This document shows positions 1 through 12,600 of a stretch of DNA of 56,378 nucleotides, one piece after another. A model generated the notes under the pieces. The model did not search any database. It saw nothing but the letters and a program-made list of their open reading frames with translations, and was not told where the DNA came from. Each line of letters begins with the position of its first letter. Position 1 is the stretch's first letter. Source of the stretch: Chiloscyllium plagiosum (Eukaryota); NCBI RefSeq assembly GCF_004010195.1, contig NC_057718.1, forward strand, positions 2,310,458 through 2,366,835. Reading direction: 5' to 3'. A program made the translations under genes and the position numbers.

Positions 1-49
1 AAATAACAGAACAAGCTCGAGGGACTGAATGGCCCACTGCTGCCCCTAT

Positions 50-2990
50 ATCTACATGGATTGAGCAGGGACAGGAATGGTTGATTCAAGTCCTGGGGCT
101 TAGGTGTTTCAGTAAGAATAGGGAAGATGGTTAAAAAAAAGGGGAAGATGTGGCTTTGTTAGTCAAGGACAGTATTACGGTGACAGAAAAGACATTTGAT
201 GAGGACTTGTCGGCTGAGGTTAAAAAGGAGTTGTCATCCTGTTGGAAGTCTTCTGAAAAGTTCCAGAGATGTAGAGGAAAGGATTGCAAAAATGATTCTG
301 GATAGGAGCGAAAGTAATATTGACTGAAATGCTATACTTTGAGTATCTTATGTGGGTCAGTTTTTGTCCAATGTGTGCAGAATGGTTTCCTGACACAGTA
401 TGTAGACAGGCCAACAAGGGGCGAAGCCACATTGGATTTGATACTGAGTAACAAACCAGGCCAGGGGTAGAATTGGAGGTAGGTGAGCACTTTGGTGATA
501 GTGACCACAATTCGGTTATGTTTACTTTAACAATGGAAAGGGATAAGTATATACCACAAGCACAAGAGTTATTGCGGGGCGAAAGGCAATTATGATGTGA
601 TTAGGTAAGATTTAGGATGAGGAAGGAAACTGCAAGGGCTGGGCACAACTGAAATGTGGCGATTATTCAAGGAGCAGCTACTGCATGTCCTCGATAAGTA
701 AGTACCTGTCAGACAGGGGGAGGAAGTGGCTGAGCGAGAGAGCCATGGTTTACTAAAGAAGCTGAATCTCTTGTCAAGAGGAAGAAGGAGGCCTGTGTTA
801 GGATGAGACGTGAAGGCTCAGTTCGGGCGCTTGAGAGTTACAAGATAGCCAGGAAGGACCTAAAGAAAGAGCTAAGAAGAGCCAGGAGGGGACATGAGAA
901 GTCGTTGGCAGGTAGGTCCAAGGAAAACCTATAGGTTTTCTATAAGCTTTCTATAGGTATGTCAGGAACAAAAGAATGCCTAGAGTAAGATTGGGGTGGC
1001 ATGGTGGCTCAGTGGTTAGGACTGCCTCTGTCAGTGTGGAGTTTGCATGTTTTCCCCGTGTCTGTGTGGGTTTCCTCCGGGTGCTCTGGTTTCCTCCCAC
1101 AATCCAAAGATGTGCAGGTTGGGTGAATTGACCATGCTAAATTGCCCATAGTGTTAGGTACATTAGTCAGGGGTAAATATAGGGTAAGGGAATGGGTCTG
1201 CGTGGGTTACCCTTCAGAGGGTCAGTGTGGACCTGTTGGGCCAAAAGGCCTGTTTCCATGGTGTAGGGAGTCTAATCTAAAAAAACATTAGGGCCACTTA
1301 AGGACATTAGTAGGAAGTTGTACGTGGAGTCCAAAGAGATAGGAGAGACGCTAAATGAATATTTTTCATCAGTACTCACACAGGAAAAAGACAGTGTTAT
1401 CGAGAAGAATACTGAGATGCAGGCTATTGACTAGATGGGATTGAGGTTAATAAGAAGGATGCGTTAGCAATTCTGGAGAGTGTGAAAAGTCCGCTGGGCT
1501 GGATGGGATTTATCCTCGGATTCTCTGGGAAGCTAGGGAGGAGATTGCCGAGCCTTTGGCTTTGATCTTTATGTCATCATTTTCCACAGGAATAGTGCCA
1601 GAAGACTGGAGGATAGCAAATGTTGTCCCCGTGTTCAAGAAGGGGAGTAGAGACAACCCTGGGAATTATGGACCAGTGAGGCTTACTTTGGTTGTGGGTA
1701 AAGTGTTGGAAAAGGTTATAAGCATTAGGATTTATACTAATCTAGAAAGTTATAATTTGATTAGAGATAATCAACATAGTTTTGTGAAGGGTAGGTCATG
1801 CCTCACAAACCTTATTGAGGTCTTTGAGAAGGTGACCAAACAGAGGGTAAAGCAGTTGGTGTGGTGTATATGGATTTCACTAAGGCATTTGATAAGGTTC
1901 CGCACGTTAGGCTATTGTACAAAATACAGAGGCATGGGATTGAGGGTGATTTAGTGTTTGGATCAGAAATTGGCTAGCTGAAAGAAGACAGAGGGTGGTG
2001 GTTGATGGGAAATGTTCATGGAGTTTAGTTACTAGTGGTATACCGCAAGGATCTGTTTTGGGTCCACTGCTGCTTGTCATTTTTATAAATGACCTGGATA
2101 AGGGTGTAGCAGGATGGGTTAGTTAATTTGCGGATGACACTCAGGTCGGTGGAGTTGTGGACAGTGCGGAAGGATGTTGCAGGTTACAGAGGGACATAGA
2201 TAAGCTGCAGAGCTGGGCTGAGAGGTGGCAAATGGAGTTTAATATGAAAAGGTGAGGTGATTCACTTTGGAAGGAGTAACAGGAATACAGAGATATCTCT
2301 GTGTTAATGTGCAAAGATTCCTGAAATTTGCCACCCAGCTTGATAGGGTTGTTAAGAGACGTACAGTGTGTTAGCATTTATTGGTAGAGGGATTGCGTTT
2401 CGGAGCCATGAGGTCATGGTTCAGCTGAACAAAATGCTGGATGGCCGCATTTGGAGTATACTGTACAGGTCTGGTCACTGCATTATAGGAAGGACGTGGA
2501 AGCTTTGGAAAGGGTTCAGAGGAGATTTACCTGGATGTTGCTTGGTATGAAAGGAAAGTCTTATGGCGAAAGGCTGAGGGACTTGAGGCAGTTTTTGTCA
2601 GAGAGAAGAAGTTTAAGAAGTCTCTTAATAGAGACATATAAGATAATCAGAAGGTTAGATAGGGTGGACAGATATGGTAGATATGGTGAGAGCTTTTTTC
2701 CACAGATGGTGATGGCTAGCGTGAGGGGACATAGCTTTAAATTGAGGGGTGATAGATATAGGACAGATGTCGGGGTAGATTCTTTACTCAGACAGTCGTA
2801 AGGGTGTGGAACGACTGCATGTAACAGTAGTAGACTCACCAATTTTAAGTGCACTTAAATGGTCATTGGATAAACATATGGATTAGAATGGAATAGTGTG
2901 GGTTAGATGGGCTTCAGATTGGTTTCACAGGTCGGCACAACATTAAGGGCTGAAGGGCCTGTACTGCGCTGTAATGTTCTGTGTTCTTTG
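50..2990 (+). mobile_element. CR1-clade LINE, 5-prime truncated, frameshifted ORF2 (endonuclease, RT, 3-prime tail)
   Basis: [40 protein letters not shown] and LERVQRRFT motifs; tail gggcctgtactgcgctgtaatgttct. Confidence 0.92.
994..1287 (+). mobile_element. tRNA-derived V-type (HE1-like) SINE nested in the CR1, with an internal deletion
   Basis: tggctcagtggttag A-box, V-domain tgtggagtttgca..tttcctccgggtgctc, tctaatcta tail. Confidence 0.85.
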
Positions 2991-3214
2991 TGCTATTTTC
3001 TTATAAAACCACCATCCTGCTCAACGTTTTTGTTCTGAAGTGATTCACATTTGTTCCTTTCTGTGAAAGAATAACCTTGCTAATACTGTCAGTGGAACAG
3101 TGCCCCTTTAATTAAAAACAGGAACAGAAACAGAATCGGTTACGTTGCAATGACTTTCTGCTGGCTGCACTATCAACAGGAAGCCAGCTGGTTTGAATAA
3201 CATCTTTTTGAGAA

Positions 3215-3628
3215 ATGGAAGCAGGAGGGAAGATATCCTGGCTGGAGGATGAGCTCTCATGCCCAATTTGTCAGGATATCTTCAAGGACCCTGTCGCTCC
3301 CCCGTGCCAACACAATTTCTGCTGGGCTTGTCTGACAAGCTACTGGAAGAAGAAAGGGAACTCTGAGTGTCCTGTTTGCAGGGAAATGTATTCCATCAAA
3401 GATTTAAAATGGAACCGCACACTGGCCAACATTGTGGAATCTTTTCTCAAGGAGTTTACAAAAGAGCAGGAGGTCAGTCAGCCAGACCCAGTGTGTAGTC
3501 TGCACAAGGAGCTTGTGAAGCTGTACTGTCAGGAGGACCAGGAGGTGATGTGTGTCGTTTGCCTGCATTCAAAAAAGCACGAAAACCATAGATGTCGTCC
3601 CTTGGAGGAAGCAACTAAAGAGTCAAAG
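3215..3628 (+). CDS. TRIM35: TRIM35-like coding exon 1: C3HC4 RING and B-box
   Basis: MEAGG..CPIC..PPCQHNFCWAC..CPVC (RING) and CSLH..CQED..CVVC..HENH (B-box); donor AAG|GTATGG, phase 0. Confidence 0.95.
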
Positions 3629-6600
3629 GTATGGTGAGAGTAAGGATCAGTAAAGGAGAGGGTAGTCTGCTGCCCAAATACTTGGGAGCAATAATTATAA
3701 ACACAGCACTTGAGGCACACTGACATATTTATACCGTATACTGCCTGAGTGGGAGAGTAGGAGAGGGTCAGCATTAACTGCACAGAATTGAATGTTCAAG
3801 AAGCTCTTGGCAGAGCACTGCCCTGTAAGGTCTGCTCAAAATCTATTTTTCCTCTTTTGTTTTTGTCTTGAGATTGAAAATCTGCCAACTGCCAACTGAA
3901 CCAGAATCCATTGTATCATTGTGTAACAATGCATGATTTTCCAGAGGAGTATTACATGGCTATTCCAGACAGCAGAAAAACAGACAGGCCGTGCAGCACA
4001 CTGCTCAAACTCCAGCTGAGCTACTTCATCCTTCTCCCTACTGTGTATGGCCCTGACTGTACATGATCTGAATATAGTGCCCCTGGAACCCATCAGCAGC
4101 TTTATGTTTTTAAAGTTTGGATCTGGCCCTTTAACTTTGCATGTGGGCTTTTAGCCAAGGGTTTCAATAGGAACACAAGTTCATCCCTTTCAGGAGCAGG
4201 AATAGACCATTCAACCCCTTAAACCCACTCTGCCATTCTGTACTATTGTGGCTGATCAGGCTTTGGTCAAAGTTACATTTTCCTGTCAGTTCTGTCTCTT
4301 TGTCTAGTTCAACCCTGAATATTTTTAATGACCCAATCTCCAAGAGCAAGAGCATTCCACAAACCTGCGAACTACTGAAAGTAGAAATTCCTCCTCGTGA
4401 GTAAACGAGACGCTCCTGATTTTGAAACAGTGCCCTCTTGATGTAAATCCAGTGTGAGGTCAATGGTTTCAGTTAGCTGCTGACCAGCCTGTCATAGCAT
4501 GAGGGCTTGATGTTCAGAATGACCCTTCACCATCCCCAAGTGTCACTGGCTACTGACCAGTGTTCAGCAATGTGTAGGAATTCCTCAGTAATGTGGACAG
4601 AACACCTCTGGGACACCAGCACCAACCAACTCAACCGCCCTGTGGCTGAACACTTTAACTCCCCCTCCCACTCTGCCAAGGACATGCAGGTCCTTGGCCT
4701 CCTCCATTGCCAGACCATGGCGACACGACGCCTGGAGGAAGAGCGCCTCATCTTCCGCCTAGGAACCCTTCAACCACAAGGGATGAATGCAGATTTCTCC
4801 AGCTTCCTCATTTCCCCTCCCCCCACCTTGTCTCAGTCCCAACCCTCAGACTCAGCACCACCTTCTTGACCTGCAATCTTCTTCCCGACCTCTCCGCCCC
4901 CAACCCCTCTCCACCTATCACCCTCACCTTAACCTCCTTCCACCTATCACATTCCCAACGCCCCTCCCACAAGTCCCTCCTCCCTACCTTTTATCTTAGC
5001 CTGCTTGGCACACATTCCTCATTCCTGAAGAAGGGCTTATGCCTGAAATGTCAAGGGTGGTCTAAACTCCTCTTCTTCCTTGTATTGTGAGAGTAAGGTA
5101 AAACATTTCAGCTTCCCTTGATCTTCATTAATCACTCCCTTACCCTGTCCTGCCATCCTCCATGATTTCAGCGCACACATACCCAGGTCTCTCTGCTCCT
5201 GCAGCCCCTTTCCGATTGGATCCTGTAATTTAAATTGTCTCTCCATGTTCTATCTCAGTGAATCACAGCACATTTCTCTGCATTAAACATAATTTGCCAT
5301 CCCAGCCTGTCTCTGTCCTCTTGAACTTCTACACAATCCTCCTAATCACAAAAAAGCTTCCAGGTTTTGTATCACCTGCAAATTTTGAAACTGTGTTAGA
5401 AGTTGTCAAGTTTTACCCTGTTCCTTATCCCTCTTTGTTGTCTGTACTACATTAAATTCTCCCATCCTCTCTGTGGGTGGCACGGTGGCACAGTGGTTAG
5501 CACTGCTGCCTCACAGTGCCAGAGACCCGGGTTCAATTCCCGACTCAGGCGACTGACTGTGTGGAGTTTGCACGTTCTCCCCATGTCTGCGTGGGTTTCC
5601 TCCGGGTGCTCCGGTTTCCTCCCACAGTCCAAAGATGTGCAGATCAGGTGAATTGGCCCTGCTAAATTGCCCCTAGTGTTAGGTAAAGGGGTAAATGTAG
5701 GGGTATGGGTGGGTTGCGCTTCGGCGGGTCGGTGTGGACTTGTTGGGCCGAAGGGCCTGTTTCCACACTGTAAGTAATCTAGTCTCTCCCACTGACAGAT
5801 TTGCCCAGTTTATTGTGGACAGTGTCTTATCACAATTAGATTAGTCTCACCCAAAACTACAATCTTAGCAGCTGTTTCACATTTTTCTCTCTCTTTCTTT
5901 CAAATATTATGTTGAATTTGTTCATATAATGATCACTCTTTGATAAATGTTTATGCAGCATTAGGCTGTAACTAACTCATTATTGTTGTTCATTACACTA
6001 ACTCTCACATTTTCTGTTCACTTATTCTTGTAGAAATTTATTCCAGACACACTCAGGACATCCCAGACATACACCAATCTACCTGAAAGTTACAGTTCCC
6101 CATTAAAACGTCTTACTACCCATATACCTAATCCCAGCATCCGTGTAAAGGAGCACTTCAGCACTGACACCAAGTGACTCTGTAGCCAACTCTTACAGCA
6201 GCCCTTATCCCTTCCTTGTTCTGAATGCTTCCTGTAAAGCCACAATTTTCCTCTCATTGTGTTATTGCAACTGAGCTAGCAGGGAGTGAGTCAACTGATT
6301 CCTTATCCCTTGACTGGTCATTGCATATTACCAATGATCTATGTATCAGGTTTATTCCGTATAGTTTCAAAAATGATGCAACCACATTTCATTTGTTAAC
6401 AGACTAACTTGTTACAAAGAAAACTTACTCAAGCAATGACATAAAGATTAATAACAAAATGTTCAAACCGTGCAATTACATATCTGCCCTTTTCTCTCTC
6501 TTTCTCTCACTTACACTCACACGCACACACACGCACATACTCATACACACACACATATATACACAGACACATACACATACACTCTCTCTCTCACACACAC

Positions 6601-9600
6601 ACTCTCTCTCACACACACATACTACACACAGAGACACAAGTGTGAAAAAGTAAAGGGTCTCGTCTTCAAAGAACTTTCACCAGGTGACAGTTGAAGTCAG
6701 GTGAAAGGGGTCATTAATGGATCGTCCCAAATGTTGACCTGTAGCTGAAGTTACTTGTACATCTAAGCTGTTGGAACAAGGGTGTCTTCCTGGATCAGTT
6801 GTGGCTGGTCAAAGTCTACTTTTGGGAGACAGTTAGGTAAATGCATGTTTTCTTTAGGAGCCCTGCATGAGTGGTGAAGCACTGTTGTCAGTTCACACAC
6901 TTTGATGATAAGAGTTTCAACAATTGAGAGAGAGGGCAAAAGGCCTCTCAGCCACATTATCTCCGACTTTGTCTATCTGCGTTCAAAATTCAGTGGCTTT
7001 ATTCCCCCCCCCAGAATGGGTCACTGTGATATCTCTGTGAAAGTCTTGTGGATGGGTTGTCTCTATTCAATCCCTGTTCCTTGCTGCTGCAGCCTCATTG
7101 CTGTTGAAGCGAGCTTTCTTGGCGTTGAAGAGTATTCTTTTTAAAAAGTTCAAGATTTAAGCATGTGTTTTGTCAATTATAGTTCAAAAAGCACAATATC
7201 CTCTCTTTTCATTGCAGTGATTTCATCCTGCTTCACAAACTTTACTTGTGCCCCTGTATCAATAGACTTGCTCTGTTAGTCCATGTCCTGGTTGCCTTGA
7301 GCCCTGTCTCAGCAATAGCAACTCCGCTATCCCCCCAACTCTGAGTTTGTGGCTGCAAAGCATTCGATTTTTACATCATTCATTCATGGGATGTGGGTGT
7401 CACTGGCTGGATCAATATTTACTGCCTGTCCCTAGTTGCCCCTTGAGAAGGTGGAGGTGAGCTGCCTTCTTGAACCGCTGCAGTCTGTGTTCTGTAGGTT
7501 GACCCACAATATCATTAGGGAGGGAATTCCAGGATTTGGACCCAGTAACATTGCAGGAACAGGGATATATTTTCAAGTCAGGATGGTGAGGGTTTTGAAG
7601 GGGAACTTGCAGGGCCTGGTGTTCCCATTATCTGTTGCCTTTGTCCTTCTAGATGCAAATAGTTGTGCATTTGGAAGGTGTCATGTAAGGAATTGACCCT
7701 CATTTGTTCCTCATGCTCTGATGATGTTATCAAAAATATTTTACAACATGAATTAGCACTTCAACAGGTTTGGGTTCAGCTGCCTGACCTAAAACATCTG
7801 TTAATATCAGAAAAGGTTGGATATGGCTCTCCAGAGTGTGTAATTAATCTCAGGTTAAATTGGCCATCTGTCCACTTCCATCTGACTTGTAGGATCGAAA
7901 TCATTCCCACATATTTATCTGCCTGTTTAAATTGAATCGATGTTAAATATATCTTCAATGTATCTTTCAAGTGATTGAGAACATAAATTTTCATGTCACT
8001 CACTTAGAATACAATCCTGAATTACTAGCCCATTGAACAGAAGCCTAAAGTTAGCCAGACTTTCTGAAACTTCTGTCTTTGGAGTTGAGGAGAAACTACT
8101 TGTCCCAAAGGGTTATGAATTTGTGAAAGCTGTTACCCCAAAGTGCGGTGGATGCTGAGACGGGGAGTAAATTTAAGGAGGAGTTAGACAGAAGTTTAAT
8201 TGGTAATAGGTTGAAGGGATATGGAGAGAGGGCAGGAGAATGGGGGTGTGGAGCATATCAGCCATGATCGAATGGTGGAGCAGACTAAATGGTCTAATTC
8301 TGCTCCTATATCTTATAAAGGTATGGTGTGTCCATCGGGCTTGGGAAGTCTGTAGTGAGGTGGTTGTACAGACTTGATGGACCATCGGGTCTTGTATGCT
8401 TTCGCGCTCTATGGCACTAACCCTGTTGTTCTGTTCACTCTGTTACTCAAAATATACCTTTCCACTTGCAGAGAAATGGTCAGTAGTAATGTGTGAGCCT
8501 TCTTGCTAGCGTCACAATGCTATAACCATTTATTTATTTAAAGCATCAATGTGAGAAACTCACAAAGTGTCAGACCTCGGTATAATTTGCAGCTGTTTCC
8601 TGTGGCCATGAAAAAATAGAATCTCCGTGTGTCGACTTCAGTAATCTCTGTTGAACACACTGGTCCCTGATGTTTTGCCTATAGTCCCCAAGCCCAAGCT
8701 GTTGTTATCACACTCATACTCTCTTCCTCTTGCTTTAGGCAATGAGCCATTATAAAACTGAATCTTTCAACAATTATTCTTTCAGGAAGAGTTGAAGATC
8801 CTGATGAAGTCTCTACAATCCAAGATGGTGAAATTCAGTGCAATCAGAAATGAGTATGAGCTCACCTTAAAGCACATCAAAGTAAGTTCCCAGCGATTAC
8901 GCTCAATGCAGAACTAACCTTGAAGATTAGGTTCATCAAGCCTTGTTCTGAAATAAAGTAAAACTTTTTGTCCCTCTTCAGAATTAGAATTCTAAATCCG
9001 TGGCCTGTAAGTGAATAAGGATAAGATTGTCATGAATGTTTGTGAATATGCAGTTTTGTTGTTTTAGATGACCCAGTCTTCACTCACTCACTCACTCACA
9101 TAGTGCTCCCCACATGGACTGATAGTTCAAAAGTTACATGTAAACCCCAAAATCTGCAAAGCAGATCTGGATACGTTAAATACTAATTCCACGGAAATTT
9201 GAGTAAGGTTAACATGTCCAAATTGTCACGGATGCACATAAATATTCAGTGAAGGCAATAACAAAAATAAAATGATCACCTTAACTACTGAAGCCAACCA
9301 TAGAGTAAGTAATGCCAGATCTGGTATTGTGCAATGAGTCAGGTTTAATTAATGATCTCATAGTGAAGGTCCGGAGTTTAGATTAGAATGGTGCTGGAAA
9401 AACACATCAGGCAGCTCCTATGAAGGGCTTTTGCCCGAAACATCGATTTTCCTGCTCCTCGGATGCTGCCTGACCTGCTGTGCTTTTCCAGCACCACTCT
9501 AATCTAAACTCTGGTTTCCAGCATCTGCAGTCCTCACTTTTGCCTCATAGTGAAGGTCCCACTAGGCAGCAACAAACACAATTTGATTGAATTTTACATT

Positions 9601-12600
9601 CATTTCAAGGGAGAGAAAAGTGGGCCCAAGACTTTTTTTGAAATTAAATAAGGGCATGAAAGCAAGGCTGACTAATTGAGATTTCAGGATAGGTCGATAG
9701 GGATACAAAGGCCAAGATGTAAGGAAATATTTTGAATGCATGGAATAGTTACATTCCAATGTGTAACAAATATTTCTCGGGACAGATCTAATATCTGTGG
9801 TTAACCAGAAATGTTAAAGTTAGTATGAGAGTTAGTCACAGGTCAGAAGTGGACAAAGTATAAAAAGTAACAACTATCTTCCAAACCCACGACCACTTCC
9901 ATCGAGAAGGACAAAGGCAGCGGATACATGGGAACACGACCCCCTGCAAGTTCCCCCCCAAGCCACTCACCACCCTGTCTTGGAAATGTGTCACTGTTCA
10001 TTCCCTGTCACTGGGTCAAAATCCTGGAATTCCCCTCCCTAAGGGCATTGTGGGTCAACCCACAGCACATGGACTGCAGCGGTTTGAGAAGGCAGCTCCC
10101 CCCCCCAACTTCACAAGGGACAATTAGGGACGGGCAATAAATACTGTCCCAGACAGCAATGCCCATATCTTGTGATTAAATAACACTATAAAGCATGCCC
10201 ATGTTTCAATTAAATAAAACAAGAACTAAAGATGCTGGAATTCTGAACCTTAAACAGAAACTTCTGGAGAAACTCAGCAGATTTGGCAGCAACTGTGGAG
10301 AGAGAAAACAGAGTTAATGTTTCAGGTCCAGTGACCCTTCTTCAGAGCTGATAGTAGTTGGGAAAGATGGTATTTATGCTGAAGATGGGGGTGTGAGAGC
10401 ATTGAGGAAGGAGTGAGTTGAATAGATGGTTCCTGTGCTGAAAAATGTGTTATTGGAAAAGCACAGCAGGTCAGGCTTCAGGTCAGATTCCTGAAGAAGG
10501 GCTTATGCCTAAAACATCGATTCTCCTGCTCCTTGGATGCTGCCTGACCTGCTGTGCTTTTCCAGCAACACATTTTTCAGCTCTGATCTCCAGCAACTGC
10601 AGTCCTCACTTTCTCCTAGATGGTTCCTGTGCCCAGATAGACAGGGAAAAAAATACAGGGAAGCAGGATTTGTCTTCACTCCTCAGAAGCTGAGTAATTA
10701 CCCCGTGAGTGGAGTTGGCATTTTCAGCTCGTTTCGAAAAAGCTTTATCAATGAACTACAAGTGCAGATAGTGAAGTGAGATAGTCTCTCTCATCTCAAA
10801 GCCAGAATCCATAGCCAATCTGATGCAGAAACACTACAATTCAAACAGAAACTCAGCAGGTTGTAGAGTCCTACAGCACGGAGACAGGCCCTTGGCCCAA
10901 ACCGATCCATGCTGACCGAAATGTCTATCCACACTAACCCCATTTCCCTGCACTTGGCCCATTTCCTTCTAATCCTTTCCTATCCATGTATTTGTCCAAA
11001 TGCCTTTTAAATGTTGTTGACGTACCCACCTAACCACTTCTGCTGGCAGCTCATTCCATATGCGTACCACCCTCTGTGTAAAAAAAGTTGCCCCTCAGGT
11101 TCCCTTTTATTCTTTCCCCTCTAACCTTAAACTGATGTCCTCTAGTCCTGATTCCCCAACCCTGGGGAAAAAAGACTGAGTGCATTCGCCCTGTCCATGC
11201 CTCTCATGATCTTATATAACTCTATAATGTCCCCCCTCAGTCTCCTATGATCTGAAGAGAAAGATCCTAGTTTGTCCAACCTCTCCCATTGACTCCAGGT
11301 GACATCCTTGTAAATTTCTTCTGCACTCTTTCCAGTTTAATAACATCCTTTAATAGTATCAAATAGGTCTGGCAGCATCTGTGGAGAGAGAAACAGAGTT
11401 GACAATTCGATTCTGGCCTGACTGTTTGCCAGAACTGCTTGTTTATATTTTCAGTCTCTAGCGTTGTCAGAATTTTACTTTCATTTTCATGTTGATAGAC
11501 TATGGATCAGGACCTTGACTCCAAACACGCAATGTAACATTTCTCATTCCACTGAACTGCAGTTCGATTTCTCCTCAGTCAATGTGCATAGCTTCCCAGA
11601 TCTGGATGACAACGTTAAGGAGAGTGGGCTAATGCCAGCACAATATATCCCACTATCCTTTCTCAGCAACAATATAGTGTTTGTGTTCACCCCTTGTTCC
11701 CCCTCATAGCATTTCCTCATCACCCATTGATCTCAGGCTGAGTTTGTTTGGATCTGAGAAATGTGAAACTAGTTATTGTTCAGTGTTTTCCTTGGCTGTG
11801 TGTTGCTGCCTGACTCACACACCCAGCTGTGACTGATCCAGACCATGGCAAAAACAGCCTGTAATTTACCAGGGATAACTCTCCCACAAATATAACCCTC
11901 CAGCAAATGGAACATATCCTCTTTGCAATAATCCACCAAAGCTAAAGCCCCCAGCTCCTAAAAACATCTCACACTGCAGTTTCCACCCAGTCAACAAGGA
12001 TCCGCCAAGTGCAAATCCTTTAGACTCAAAAAAAAGAGAAAGTGTTGGAGAAACTCAGCAGGTCTGGTAGTGTCTGTGGAGAGAGAAACAGAGTTAACAT
12101 TACAAGTCTGATATGACTCTGCTTCAGATGAGTTCTGATGAAGAGTTGTACCAGACCTGAAGGAAGGGTCACTCAAACCGAAATGTTAACTCTGACTTCT
12201 TTCTACGGATTTTGCCAGACCCGCTGAGTTTCTTCAGCACTTTCTGTTATATTTCAGATCCCTAGCATCTGCAGTATTTTGCATTTGTTTGTCAGACTCA
12301 AACTGTTTTGGTTTCTAACAGAGCCAGGCTTCGGGAACTGAGAAACAGATCAAACAGGAATTTCAGAAGCTTCACTGTTTCCTTCACCGGGAAGAGAGGA
12401 TTCTCATGAGCAATCTCCAAAAAGAGGAAGAACATCATGTTCAGTTAATGAAACAAAAAATCAAGGAGGTCTCTGAGGATATTTCCTCATTAGAAGCTAC
12501 CATTCAGTCAATCGAGAGTGAGCTCAGTCAAAGGGACTCAGCCCTTTTCTTACTGGTAAGTAACAGTAGCTCAGGGAGCATGAGGTTACAGGCAGAGGGT

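Noticed and set aside
1556..2801. RT-like ORFs (also 29530-31766) as active genes
   Set aside because: Multiple frameshifts, stops and nested insertions; dead CR1 copies.
3113..3136. ISRE-like aaaacaggaacagaaacagaat upstream of the TRIM ATG
   Set aside because: Does not match GAAANNGAAA. An acceptor-like caacag at 3179 suggests this may be intron rather than promoter.
5476..5550. tRNA gene
   Set aside because: tRNA-like head of a SINE, continuous with the V-domain and tail in about 8 copies.
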